Source: Octopus vulgaris | Lineage: Eukaryota | Direction of reading: 5' to 3' | DNA length: 64,000 nt | NCBI GenBank assembly: GCA_951406725.2 | Contig: OX597817.1 | Location: 104,284,001 to 104,348,000, forward strand | Part shown: positions 38,117 through 52,186 of the stretch, piece by piece | Layout: each line of letters begins with the position of its first letter | Numbering within the stretch: position 1 is the stretch's first letter | Notes under the pieces: generated by a model | What the model was told of the DNA's origin: nothing | Seen by the model: only the letters and a program-made list of their open reading frames with translations | Database searches by the model: none | Translations under genes and position numbers: made by a program

Positions 38117-39299
38117 ATCTAAAGTAATATATTGTACAATATAGAAACTAAGAAACGACGAGAAAACTTCTACGTGGTCACTTAAACTGCTTGACATACC
38201 ACCCAAGTTTTTTTAATCAGAGGTCTGCTATGAGAACTTTAAATTTGAATGTGAAATGATAAATTTGATAGGATTTAAAAATCAATCTTTCAGGGATGAC
38301 ACAAAACATTTAGTCAACAGAGAAATGGTGATGCCTGTCACTGATATCTAATCGCAGTTTATTTTAGTTAACCACGTTACTCCACGAAGAACATCACGAT
38401 GCCTTCGAAAATGCTCTATACTATGTGTTATCAAGAAAACTGAACACATCGTCAAGTATATGCATTAGTAAGCTTACTCCTTTGAAATACACTGAGTTCG
38501 GATTTAAGATTCGTAAATTCCCTTTACGTAAAAATCCATTAGATAATAGACACACAAATATTCGCCGACGAAACTTTAAAACCTTTATATGCTGAATAGA
38601 GCTATACACTTCATACTTGTGTCATAAAATATTGCTAAAAACTATCAAAAAGTGACCCTCAGCAATTACAATACAATTAAACGCATAGCGAAAAGATGCT
38701 ATTTTTTTTTAAATAGAAGACACAGTAAAATGTTGAGCTGTGTACAAGTCATACATTACTGTAAAGGACCACAAACACAAATCCTAAGAAAAGGCAATCC
38801 TAGCCGTCATAAGTGAACTTAGAATGTTAGTAAACTCATCCTTGACTCCATAAGCTCAAATTTTAGAAACACCTCGGAAATATTCACAGACTGGATCAGT
38901 ATCATCGCTGTAACCAAATAGTTTAATAGCATAGAACACAAAGTAATCTGTATATTCACCTGGTTTGATATAGTGGAATTTACCCATTAATTTCTTAATC
39001 ACTTACTCAAAAGGGTTTAAGAAAATATAAGCGAGGCACAAGTTCCGTGATATTCACAGAACTGCTAAATGTTCCGGCAATGCAGCATTTGAGGGTGTAA
39101 AGGAAGAAAAAAATTGTCAAATGTCTCGAATTCTACACAGTGAGAGTAGAAATACCATAATCGAATATATCATAATCAAAAGTGGTTTGAGGGGCAAAAA
39201 TGTGGAACCCCTATTCTGTGACTAAGAAACAGTACAAAGTACGAGTCACCTGCTGGTCTGCCCACTTTGTGATCAAATGACTTGACAAATAATACTAAA

Positions 39300-41910
39300 A
39301 GTGCAGACCCCTGGTTGCCCGCAAAGATAGTACTAGGAGTCCGTGAGCTAAATTCAAACTTTCATAAATATGTATATATATGTTATATATGTTATGTATG
39401 TATGTATCTATGTATTATGTATGTATATATACAGTAATGGCTCGCAGTACGAGTTTAATTCGTTCCATGACCGAGCTTGTTTTACGATTTACTCGTTTTA
39501 CAAATCAATTTTCTCCATTGAAATTAACTAAAATATAATTAATCCGTTCCAACCCCCCAAAAACCACCCAAAAATAATTTTTATGGGTTTTAAAACAGAA
39601 AAGGTGTAGTTACAATTAGAATGACGATTATAAAAAAGAGAATGCAAAAGAAATATGCAAACTGGTTTTATTAACTGGATTACCTTAAAGATGGAACGAT
39701 TTGTGAGCGAGGAAGACGATAGAGCGGGGAGGAGAGGGATTACTGCTTGAAAGGAGATTCTCCTTCCATTAAGACTTCAGGAAGAACAATTTCTGGCATT
39801 TTCTCTCTGACTTCGCTTAATTTAGACATTTTGGACACACTTTCTTCACTTTTTACATTTGCAGGTCATTTCATTAGAAACATATCAAAAGAAGTCTGAT
39901 TTTTCCTGCCTTTCAAAATGTTACGAAAATGCGCCAGAGCAGTGTCATTAACTAAAATATTAAATAAAATAAAGCAGCTGCACGACCTGTAGCTACTTTT
40001 TCAAGATGATGTTTTTCGACAAATTCAGAAACATACTGCCACTTTGCCAACATTGCCTTTATGTTACTCGTAGAGATAGCATTCTCTGCAACACTGTCCT
40101 CTTCCGGGGAATCAATCACTTCCACCGCTTCCAAATGCTGCTGCTCCTGAAGCTGCAGGAGTTCATCTGTCGTCAGCTTCTCAGAGTGTTCCTCGACGAG
40201 ATCGTTAATGTCCCCATCATCAACCTCGAGGCCCACAAGAGACACTATCTCCTCGACTGCAGGTGTCTCAGACTCAAACCCCTCGAAGTCTCTTCCGGAT
40301 ACGCAGTCAGGCCACAGTTTCTTCCATACAGAATTCAGCGTTCGCTTCGTTACACTTTGCCTGGCCATATCGATGATTTTCAAGCAGTTTACAATGTTGT
40401 AGTACTCCTTCCAAAACTCACAAAAGGATAGATTTGCATTTTCGGTGACTTCAAAGCACCGATGAAACAGGTGTTTGGTGTACAATTTCTTAATATTAGA
40501 AATCGCCTGTTGGTCTATGGGCTGCAAGATAGGGGTGGTGTTGTGTGAAAGGTACAAAACTTTTATGAATTTAAATTCGTCCAGGATATCATCTTCGAGA
40601 TTAGGAGGGCCTTGAGAGGAAGATTCTTCTCCAGAAGGTACTTTTTCCCTGCTGGTCCGAAGACAAGATTGACCCACTCGGATTGACCCAGGCTTTAACG
40701 TTTGTCCTCCACATGATCTGCAGTTTCTTCTTTAGGATTATGTGCGACTTGAACGCTCATGGGTTTTCGGAATAGTAGACAAGAAGAGGCTTAATCTTCA
40801 AGTCTCCACTCGCATCGGCACAAAGGGCGAGAGTTAGCCTATCTTTCATAGGCTTGTGGCCTGGTATTTTCTTCTCCTCTGCAGATATGTAGGTTCTTCC
40901 GGGCAATTTTTTCCCCAAAATGGCCAGTTTCATCACAGTTGAATACTTGTTGTGCGATGTACTCCTCTGTTGCGATGAGCTGACGGAATTCACACACGAA
41001 ATCTTCATCTGCCTTCGTGTCAGAACTCGCTGCTTCTCCATACCTGACGACGCTATGAACACCAGTCTTCTTGAAAATTATGAAACCAGCCGCGACTGTC
41101 TGCTGATGTTTCTTCCGTTGATGTTCCAGGGTTCTGCTCCAGGAGAAACCCATACAGCGCTCGTACTTTCTCGCTGATAATGGTCTCGTAATCGTATCCC
41201 CTGCGAGTTGCTTCTTAATCCATAAGAGAAGCAATTTTTCCGTGTACAGATGTGCATTACTTAGAGAGCTTGGAAACACCATTTGCTGTTGAAACAGCCT
41301 TGATCTTGTCCTTTTTTTTCAGGATGATGCAGATCGTCGACGTGCTTCGGTCGTCTTGACGTGCTGTGTCCACTACACGCATTCCTCTCTCATGTTTATC
41401 ACTGATTTCCGTCTTCAATTCTATCGCAATCGGTTTTTTCTTATTCTCAGCACTATCTTTTGCACTAACCTTCTTATGACTCATGGCTAATACAACTAAT
41501 TATTATAAAATAATTGAAAAAAATGCACAAAACTAAGCAAAAACACTGGAAAAAACACAAGAAAAATGCTGCCACAAGGAGATAAACACGTGAACTGAAC
41601 GAGCGGAGACCGCGCCATTTGGTAGAGCGTGCGCGAGCTCAGCGCCGACAAGTGGTTGCTTGTATGAAACTCGCTCGTACTGCGGATTTCCGCTCGTACT
41701 TCAAGACAAAAATTCGCACGAGCCTCGGCTCGTACAGCAAATTACTCGTACAATGGTGCACTCGTATTGTAAGATATACTGTATATACATACGAATATGG
41801 ATATTAAAAGGGATCCGTGGGAAAACTCATTTAAATACAAGGGTTGGAAACCACTGTTGGGAACCACTGTGAAAAGGTTGGGAACCACTATGAAAAGTTT
41901 GACAACCACT
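39300..41910. mobile_element. hAT-like MITE remnant split by the Tigger, with reiterated end motifs
   Basis: gacccctgg..gtccgtga on the left; ggatccgtgg..ggttgg(g)aaccact repeated 4 times at 41840-41910. Confidence 0.5.
39432..41781 (-). mobile_element. Full-length Tigger/pogo DNA transposon with decayed transposase (41484 to ~39850)
   Basis: TIRs cagtaatggctcgcagtacgagt and actcgtattgtaagatatactg, TA TSD; CENP-B-type HTH, QVFNCDETG, KDRLTL..ASGD.K.KPLLVY, NTTPILQPIDQ. Confidence 0.92.
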
Positions 41911-42164
41911 AGACTACATGGTGGTTTTTGATAATGTATGCAGTTTGATGGTGTCTTTGTGATCAAACGGTTCTTTTACAGAACAATATCTGTACGTTTC
42001 TGTTTGTGCAAATCCGTGTGTGCGGGTGCGAGTATTCAGTTAGTTGGCTTTTTGGCTGACTGATTGGTTGGTTGGTTGGTTGGTTGGTTGGTTGGTTGTA
42101 TAGGTGTGTGAGCTAAGTGTGAGTGTGTTTGGGGTGCGAGTATATATAAAGTATGCATGAATGC

Positions 42165-42208
<44 letters not shown>

Positions 42209-42779
42209 TCGCGCGTACGTACACGTGCGTTCAGAGCCCTCTTATCATATAAGGACGCTGTACAAATGTCCGAGGACCCCATGATTTTAGGAGACCGGAC
42301 TTTCAATTAGACAAATAGAAATTAAGACTCATATTATTGTTGTTGTTATTGCTTTGTTCCAGGTCATTTCTGATTGATACAACATGAACCAAACATCTCA
42401 GTGATTAAATGTGAGCGAATTATATAGCGCGAAACGGCCAACACATCACTTCTCACACGAGATAATCACTACTCTGTTTGCGACTGACTCATGGATACCA
42501 CATTGGCTTATATTGTCTCTTCGAAACTATAAAAGTTAAATCTACTAAGCAATCATTGTAGACTCTGAGGAACAGTTGACGACAATGGGCATATTCAATG
42601 CAGGATTTTTATGTAATTTATGACTACTACCAAGGTCTGAAAAGGCTCCGCTTAATATACTCTAGTTATAATTTCAAATAAAGTGCTCTTCAATATGATT
42701 TTAAGAATGCTTCATAAATTATTGCTGTATACGTTGTAATAATAAAATTTCAGTTCTATAAATACGTTTTTAATATCGT

Positions 42780-43420
42780 TAGTGTTGCAGTTTCCTTAAA
42801 TATTTGTGTCATGTTTATTAATATTATTTGGGGTTGTGTATGAGGAGAACTCTGTCTTTTGAAACAAATTCTGTGATACTGGGAATGGTGGCAACGGCAG
42901 TTTCTGTTCAATTGGCTTTCATGTTTTTATTATAGTTACAAAGTTAGGTATTTTTCTGTATTGTTTATAAAAGTTGTATTATAGTTCGAAGCATTTTCTT
43001 TTAATAACTATATACAACTCGGAAGATTCGTTACCTTTTGTCTTTCAATGTTTCCGAATGAATGGGTATAATTGTAAAATCTTTGCTTTAAATTTCCTTC
43101 GCTCATGCTAGTATAGCATTTGTAAGTGGAATCAAGGTTTATGTATTTTGACTTAACTTCTGCCTCTTATATGATGACCTCTGTACTACAGGACTCATTC
43201 AATTGGTAGGGCTGGTGTTTCGCGTGAAAATGAGCATCAGCAGATACAGTGGTCTTGTAGAACATATCTGTTGAATAGTGTCTTACAAAATTTTGAATAC
43301 TTCAAGCAGACGGGAATAGAACATCCGTTCTGTGTTCAACCATACATATGTTGAGGTCAAGGGGTTCTGGTTTATGAGACTTGGTTCAGAGTCGGATATT
43401 ATGAAACTTTCGTAGCCAGA
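42780..43420 (-). mobile_element. Second, older Hydra-like PLE GIY-YIG remnant
   Basis: KTLFNR, LNESCSTEVII*EAEVK..YTSMSEGNLKQRFYNYTHSF..TNLPSCI*LLKE. Confidence 0.7.
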
Positions 43421-43989
43421 TGGGTTAACAGAGTTTTATAAATACATACATACCTATATGTGTATATGTAAGTATGTATATAAATACACACGCAAACAGT
43501 TAGGAGGAAGAGAGATATGTTGACTCTAAATATATCGTAGTGGCAGAAGCAGTAGGTTGCAAGGTATTCGGTTACGTACCTTTATATTCTGAATTCAAAT
43601 CCGTACATTCTTTTCTCCTTTTGTTCTTTTACGTGTTTTAGTCCTAAGGCTATAACCATACTGGAGCACCGCCAGTGAACAACAGTGTCATTAAATTAAG
43701 TGCTACACATAGATAGGGAGTCTAATTCAACTAACTATACTGACAAGCCAACGAAAGACCCTCTGTGTGGTCGTTTGACTTGCAAGAAATAGTGGCTGAA
43801 TTCCCCTCAGATAAAACTCTGCTGTTTTTTTTTTAAAGGAAAGGAGACATTAGATCAATGATTTCCAAATTTATTTCGTCGTAGACTCAATTATACGATT
43901 TTCGAAAATCGAAGAACATACATGTTTTACGAGTAATTCCGACTGCCATAACTTTTTATAATACAATAATAATAATAATATAATACATG

Positions 43990-44155
43990 ATTCTTTTCTA
44001 CTCTTGGCACAAGGCCCGAAATTTTGGGTGAAGATGCCAGTTGATGAGATCGATCCCAATACGCAACTGGTACTTAATTTATCGACCCCGAAAGAATGAA
44101 AGGTAAAGTTGACCTCGGCGGAATTTGAACTCAGAACGTAAAGACAGACGAAATA
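43990..44155 (-). mobile_element. SINE family A with tail type 1, next to (ATT)n
   Basis: Matches 22265-22443. Confidence 0.85.
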
Positions 44156-44156
44156 C

Positions 44157-44368
44157 AAGGGGCTAAACACAGAGAGGACAAACAAGGACAGACAAACGGA
44201 TTAATTCGATTATATCGACCCAGTGCGTAACTGGTACTTATTTAATCGACCCCGAAAGGATGAAAGGCAAAGTCGACCTCGGCGGAATTTGAACTCAGAA
44301 CGTAGTGGCAGACGAAATACTGCTAAGCATTTCGCCCGGCATACTAATGTTTCAGCCAACTTGCCGCC
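44157..44368 (-). mobile_element. SINE family A with alternative (Tx1-like) tail
   Basis: Same head and core; tail ccgtttgtctgtccttgtttgtcctctctgtgtttagccccttgt. Confidence 0.85.
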
Positions 44369-45525
44369 TACAGTATAATACATAATATAATACGTTAAAT
44401 GAAACAAAAGTTGTTTAAGATAGAGAAGTCATTCCTCTGGAAAAAAAAAAGTTTCTGATAATAACCTATTTGGAAAAATGGTGAAAGCATTTTTTAGAAA
44501 ATTCTTTATAAAATAATTTTTATTAAATTTATCAAAGATATCTGGCGGAAGCCTAGAATTTTTTTTATGATACCCACTTTTGGAAACACTGTATTAGATA
44601 ATGCAGCTTTGGATTCCCTGAAAAGATAGTGTCCACAGTTTCCATGCCTGTGATCATAGGTTTGCTTAAACAGTATTGACTTGGGCTTAAACAACAACAG
44701 CATCTGCTACCACTATTACTTCGACTACAGACTTAACTTGACACTTATAAATATGAGAGCTAGTGTCAGTTATGAGAAATCAATAATTATAACAACAAGT
44801 GTTGGCTGGCTGGTTGGTTGGTACAAATATCAGAAAACTTGATTATATACTTTATTGAATCGACTTACTCATTCTTCTCCAACAATGATTAATCCTGGAA
44901 ATGTTTGTGACACTTTATTTACACCACATTATATATGGGTCATTGTATTTATTTGTATTTATTGCTTTTTTTCTCACAATATGGCGAACTCTGGTTTACG
45001 TTGGTTACAAGTTTCCAACAGAACAATAACTGGCTCACTACATTTCTGATATAAATACCTATAACTAGGGAATTGAAACCCGTTTGCAATGTTAGCTCAC
45101 AAGTAACTTGCGTCTGCTCTATAGGGACTTGAACTTATTAATTATTAAATATTAATGTTATAGAAATTATATTTTCAATGAATTGGAAACTACCAAGACG
45201 ACAACATCTGTTCTCCGAGACACAAACTTTGTTCATTTGTTGTTATTTATTTATTTGTTATTTGTTTTTGTTTTGTTTCATTGTTCTTTTGGATATAGTA
45301 GGAATTCAAAACGAAAATAAAGTTTAATCAATTGACAATGGAGAATATGCAATTTTAACACCAATTTAAAGTTATATCTTCAGATTCCTTCCATTCAGTT
45401 TGTAGTCGGTATTGTTGATGATGCTGTTGGTATTGAAAGAATGTATAGCCCTGTATCAGCACTGGTAGAGCTGACCTATGACCAAAGCCATTTCAACCGC
45501 CATTTATTATAATTCATGTTTCATG

Positions 45526-45873
<348 letters not shown>

Positions 45874-46605
45874 TGTTGTTGTTGTTGTTGTTGTTGTTTA
45901 ATATCTGTCATTACATTGTCCTACGTGTCGTTCCCTTTTTAAGACTGCAGTGGTGTTATTTGAGGAATATGTGGTGTTGTGCCGCTATATATAACCAGTT
46001 GATAGAACGACCGTTCCAATTTTCCCTGTCCGTTTCGGTTTATTACATTAGTACCCTACTAAACACTTATAACTCACAAACACAATCAGTTGAATTGTCT
46101 AACGGTACATCACTATATTGTTTGTACGTTTTGTTTTCTGAATTTATTTATTTTTACATTGTTTAGTCGGGAGAGATTTGGCACAATCAGCGACCTGGTC
46201 CCCGAATGTTTGCAAAAGAATGAATTTTACAAAAGATACACTACGTCTAGGTGATAGTGTTAAACTGGACGACGTGTTAAATCTATCACTGAATAGCATA
46301 GACTAAACGATAATAATTTACGAGTACAATCGAGCGAATGAACATACAGCATATCTCGCTATACTACTGGTATATATTAAATCAACTACGGAGGAATATA
46401 CAACAAATCATATATTGTCCGCAGAATGTAAAATGACAACATAATTAAATACCGTCTTTATTTTCAGATGTACAATTTTGCCTCATTGCATAGCGTCTAC
46501 AATTTCACCACGTTGCATAAAATTTGTTTTATTCTGTTTTATATGTACAACTCTCGTGGGAACGAATTATTCAATCAAATGTAAAAAATAAATTATACAG
46601 GTTTA

Positions 46606-46686
<81 letters not shown>

Positions 46687-47316
46687 TTATTTATTTATTT
46701 ATATATATCGCTAGAAGGCTTTAGTGTCTTTTTATTCGTTTATACATTTCTTTTTTTTTTTTTCCTGAACAATTATCAATTTTTGTCTGTTAGTGCACTG
46801 CATATATCCTGTCACTGTTTCTTATAACTGAACGCATATTTTATAGCGCGATTAAATAACAAAAGAAAATGTGACGCTTAGTAAGACGATATCTTTTCTT
46901 CCTTTTTTTTTTTCCTTGCGGCTCTTGTTTACTGGTAACATAGTTTAACGTTAAATTGAGGCATTTTACCGTCACCCAAAATAGCGCCCTTTAATTACGG
47001 TCTGTTGGTGTTATAATTTAAATTTGATGTCTCCACATAACTCACATTTTCTAGTTTTTATCATAACTACTACCGTAGTCATCAACATCATCATCATCAA
47101 CATTATCATGTTCCCCTCTGTTGTCGTCTTCGTCATTTGCCCTATGGTTGATATAAGTTAAAAACAGTTTACATGACAGGCAGCCTTTCTACTCTGTTCT
47201 GACCTTAAATAATTTGTTCGTCTTTTCTTTCCCCATTTGAACGAGCACAAACAAGGTCATGGACACTGCTCCACCTCCATAGTACATCATAAAGAAAACC
47301 GATATAGCGATGTGCG

Positions 47317-47351
<35 letters not shown>

Positions 47352-47639
47352 ATGTATGTATGTATGTATGTATGTATGTATGTATGTATGTATGTATGTA
47401 TGTATGTATGTATGTGTGTGTGTATGTATGTATGTATGTATGTATGTATGTATGTATGTATACTTTTTCTTTGAGTTTTATTTAAGTTCTTCTTAAAAGT
47501 GATCAAGTCGGCCGCTAACAGAGTGACAAGACTTTTTGAGCTAAAAGACTTCCTGACGTTTGTCCATATGTGGTTTAGTTTGTGTGTAGGTTGAACTGTC
47601 GATGCATACACTCTCAGACGGAGAATTACTTTTTTTTTT

Positions 47640-48080
47640 TATGTCTTACGAACCTTCACTGTGCCACTAATAGACTGGATTTGGAGAATCCGCATCAGTT
47701 TCTTATGCTCTTTCTTCGTGAAACCAAGTATTTCTAAGGTTTTGTGGAAATTTGTTGGTAAATAACCTAATGCACCTATGATGATACGTACAAATGATAA
47801 TCCATATTCAGGACAGAAGAACTGTAAGTTCTGCATTAATTCGTCGTAAATGTTCCCTTTTTCTTGGATACATTCACATCCGCTTGGCAGCTGACCTATA
47901 CATCAATGCATAAGTTTTATTCCTGTCCCACAGAACAATATTAGGTCTGTTATGTTTGCACCGAATTAATGTTTTCAATGGGGTGTTCCTTCTTTTTAAA
48001 GGTGTGTATACCTGCTGGTTCTGACATGCCTTTGGTGCATATCTCAGGACAGTTCTTCTTGCGGATAGCATCGTAAATTA
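47640..48080 (-). mobile_element. RLE-type non-LTR retrotransposon 3' fragment
   Basis: CKHNRPNIVLWD, VSCQAD, IYDEL, IIIGALGY..GTVKV; poly(A) on the minus strand. Confidence 0.75.
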
Positions 48081-48100
48081 TCTAGCTATATATATGTGTG

Positions 48101-48203
<103 letters not shown>

Positions 48204-48900
48204 ATCTGTATGTACGTATCCTGCATATTTATGTGCTTGCATGTCCGTGTTTGTGTATTTTCTATGTATGTGTGTGTGAGCATGTGTTTGTATATGTATG
48301 CACCTCTGTCTCCTTGTGTGTGCATGTCTGTGTGTGCGTGTGTGTTATGCAACTATGTATGTATGTGTGTATGCGTGCGTGTATGCGTGCGTGTATGCGT
48401 GCGTGTATGCGTGCATACGTGCATATATGTATGCATGTATGTATGTATGTAAGTATGTATGTATGTATGTATACATATGTACGTATATATCTTGGTCAGA
48501 ATGAATTTACGACCATGAATATTCAGTTATTCGATCAAGTGAACTTCCAGGCTCATTGGTTTAACATGTAAGCCAATAAGAAAGCCCCAGACATATTCGC
48601 CCTTAACGTAATTCTTAGGTAGAATCATTGTGACAACATTACAAGGCAGGACTTATGAATTACAGGTACAATCCATCCAACAAGCTTCCATACAGTTTCC
48701 GTCCACTCAGTTTCACTCACAAGACGTGAGTTGACTCGAAGCTATAGAAACACTATACTTTTCCAAGATACCACACACTGGGATCAACATCCGGACTTTT
48801 TTATTACAAGCGAACATCTTAACCAGTCGCCATACTGCACCTACGTATGTATGTATGTATGTATGTATGTATGTATGTATGTATGTATGTATGTATGTAT

Positions 48901-49236
48901 AAGGGGGGCACCCAAAAGTAACCGGAAGCGTTCTCTGTGGGACAAGCCCGCTGTAGTTCAGGCTTTCGTGGCTAGAGGCCCCTTGATGCAACCCTCAAGC
49001 ATAAGTCTGCCGACCGGCCTTATCCAGTGTTATCATATTGCCACTTGGTGCATCTTTGTTTTATAGTGCTTCTCCTCTGTTCCTTGATTTTTGTGATGGC
49101 TGACACGAAAGAACAGCGTGCTTCCGTGAAAATCTGCTGGGGAAAACAATGGCTGAAACAGTTGCCATGCTTCAAACAGCTTACAACGCCACTGCCATGA
49201 GCAAAACACACGCTTACGAGTGGTTTTCACGCTTTA
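48901..49236 (+). mobile_element. mariner 5' fragment
   Basis: TIR-like aggggggcacccaaaagtaaccggaa; MADTKEQRASVKIC..GKTMAETVAMLQTAY..MSKTHAYEWFSRF. Confidence 0.75.
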
Positions 49237-49960
49237 TCTAAATGCAATGATAGCCGATGCGGTACATGCCAATTAATTCATACTTGCCTATATATGAACA
49301 GAAAAACAGGGAAAATATTCACAAACGCGAACATGAACTGCAAAAGCAGAAATTTAATCTATTGCATCAAATGCCCAAATTGTGAAGAACTGTATGTTGG
49401 CCAGACAGGTAATGCACATTCAGAGCGCTCGCGTGTGCATCGGCAACAAATTAAAAACCCAGAAGTCCGCCAAATACCACTGAGTAACCATCTGGCAACA
49501 TATGGTCAGAAAACTTTTATGATATTCCCATTTCATAAACTTTACAACCTGAATGAAATTGAGAGAAAACTGAGAGAAAAGGACTTTATTAAGAAATTCA
49601 AACCCAAGCTTAACAAACAATGATTAAATTAATCTTATTTGGGGTCTAAAAATCTTATACCCTATAACCAAAACAAGAAAATCTAAAAAGTACTGCTATA
49701 ATCATTTCTAAAAATAAACATTGAAAAATGGTTTGGCATCATTTCTAAAAATAGCCAAACAACTACTACTGCTGCCCACAAGAACATATATAAAGGACAA
49801 TAGACAGTCAGTCAAACACAGCTGAAACACTCCTGTCACAACCTGGGACCTTGAAGACTGCTTTAATGCAAGAAAGTATACTAGTCCCTTAATATTTTAT
49901 ATTCAACATTTCATCTATTCAATAAGACAATCAATACTTCATTTCATTTTACTATATATC
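49237..49960 (+). mobile_element. 5'-truncated Neptune-like PLE: Cys linker, GIY-YIG ORF 49294-49623, 3' pLTR
   Basis: KCNDSRCGTC; NCKSRNLIYCIKCPNCEELYVGQTGN..R.RVHRQQI..H..RE..FIKKFKPKLN. Confidence 0.85.
49845..49888 (+). ncRNA. Minimal hammerhead variant
   Basis: gggac-CTTGAAGA-ctgc tttaat gcaa-GAAAGTATACTA-gtccc; perfect stem I; palindromic stem III AGTATACT. Confidence 0.7.
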
Positions 49961-50012
49961 TGATGGAACGTGGTCAGCTATTAAAAGATATTTGCCAACT
50001 AAATGTATATAC

Positions 50013-50231
50013 TATTCGTTTACTTGTTTCAGTCATTTGACTGCGGCCATGCTGTAGAACCGTCTTTAGTCGAGCAAATCGACCCCAGGACTTATTCTTT
50101 GTAAGCCTAGTACTTATTTTATCGGTGTCTTTTGCCGAACTGCTCAGTTACGGGAATATAAACACACCAACGTCGGTTGTCAAGCGATGGGGGGGGTGAA
50201 CACAGACACAAAAACATACACATACATACAC

Positions 50232-50269
<38 letters not shown>

Positions 50270-50442
50270 GACATATATATACGAAGGGCTTCTTTCAGTT
50301 TCCGTCTACCAGATCCATTCAGATGGCTTTGGTCGACCCGAGGTAATAGTAGAAGACACTTGCCCAAGGTGCTACGCAGTGGGACTGAACCCAGAATCAT
50401 GTGGTTGGGAAGCAAGCTTCTTACTACACAGCTACACCTGCG

Positions 50443-50444
<2 letters not shown>
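50013..50444 (-). mobile_element. SINE family B, full length, internal (TA)/(TG) tract
   Basis: Colinear reverse complement of 27517-28024. Confidence 0.9.
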
Positions 50445-50498
<54 letters not shown>

Positions 50499-50599
50499 GT
50501 GGGGTGTACAATTTCCGTCCCCAATTCACCCCCAAGCCATTGATCGGCCCGCACTTGCCCATGGTGCCATGCATTAGGACTGAACATGAAATTACGTGA

Positions 50600-50864
50600 T
50601 TGAGAAGTAGTGTGGAAACAATATGGATGACGAGGGGAGGAGAGATGTGTGAGTCGGAAGTGCTTGAATGTGGAGATGGCGTGGGAGCAGAAAATTCGAA
50701 AGCACAGAAACCACAATAGAGCGATAGAAAAGCAGAGAGGAGACTCTAAGCTTTTTCCCACTGATGGACTACAATCTGTGGGAAAGAGGTTAGAGCATGT
50801 TGGTGAGCAACTTCGTGCCGATCAGTCGAGAAGCTTTTCTTTAGACACGATCCAGGATGTGTGT

Positions 50865-50865
<1 letters not shown>
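50600..50865 (-). mobile_element. CR1/L2-group LINE C-terminal fragment
   Basis: ILDRV*RKASRLIG..L*PLSHR..VSSLLFYR. Confidence 0.6.
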
Positions 50866-50926
<61 letters not shown>

Positions 50927-51692
50927 CAGCAGAACCGTCCTAGTCGTAATTATAGTACTCCATTATAGTTTCCGGCTGACCTTTCTCGAGAATCAGATAT
51001 TGTTGGGGATAAAGTATTTTCTGACCCTTACTATAAAGGCCTTACTATGAAGGACTTGATTTTCTCATAGCTAAGGACTATGCATAGAATATGGAATGAA
51101 CTATCAATAACTGTTTTAAAAAAATGTTTCAGCCTCAAAAGCTAAAAGTTTATTTTCATGAATTTTGAGTAGTACGTCATAAAGAAAACCGATATAGTTG
51201 TGTGTCTATACACACACACACACACACATCCATCTATCCAGACAGGCAGACGTACATGCATACATGTGATTGTGCGTGTTAAATCCTAAATGCTGGTGAT
51301 TCTAGTCGCAGTTACGCTGTGCTGTGGATGCGTTCTTTTCTGGTGTTCTCCCATAATCTCCCACAAACTTTTCTTATAACCAATGACTATGTATAGAATA
51401 TGGACTGAACTGTCATTAACTGTAAAAAAAAATGTTCCAAGCCTGAAAATTAAGCTAAAAATTTATGTTCATGAGCTTTGAGTAGTATCTAATAGACTTG
51501 AAATGAAAAGGAATTCAGAACCTTCGGCAACAGTACAGCATTCGAGAACTACGCTTAATTTTATAAAGAGAACAGCAGCTGCCCAAAATAATTAATGCAT
51601 CCTCATAATCATCGTCGTCGTTGTAGTCACTGCAGTCCCTGCCATCATCGTTGTCGACGTTACCATCATCGTCGGCGGCGTTGTTGTTGTTG

Positions 51693-51750
<58 letters not shown>

Positions 51751-52154
51751 CAGCAGCAGCAGCATCTTTTATTATTCGGTTTTCATGAGGTATTCTCTTG
51801 TAGGAAGAGTTTTGCTATTTTGCTAACGTTTTACAACAAAGATTTTGTGTTTTTTGTGTTACAGTTGAACTTTATTGTAAGTGCAAAGTCAGCTTGAAGG
51901 ATAGGAAATTACACGAATGTCGGATATAACGTTTAAACTCAAGAAGTTAGAAACTTTGATGTTTCCAATTAAATTTATATCTTAACAGTGGTCATTTAGA
52001 GTTCATTCAAGGACTTGTAGAAGTGTGTTGCAAAGAAATTAAATTTTTCGTTCTTGTAATATACCATTAGTGTTAATTTATGGTCAGGAGGAAATCAGGC
52101 GACGTACTAATACATACATACATACATACATACATACATACATACATACATACA

Positions 52155-52186
<32 letters not shown>

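Noticed and set aside
38385-38420. gaag..cttc-GAAA hairpin as a hammerhead
   Set aside because: No core and no stem I.
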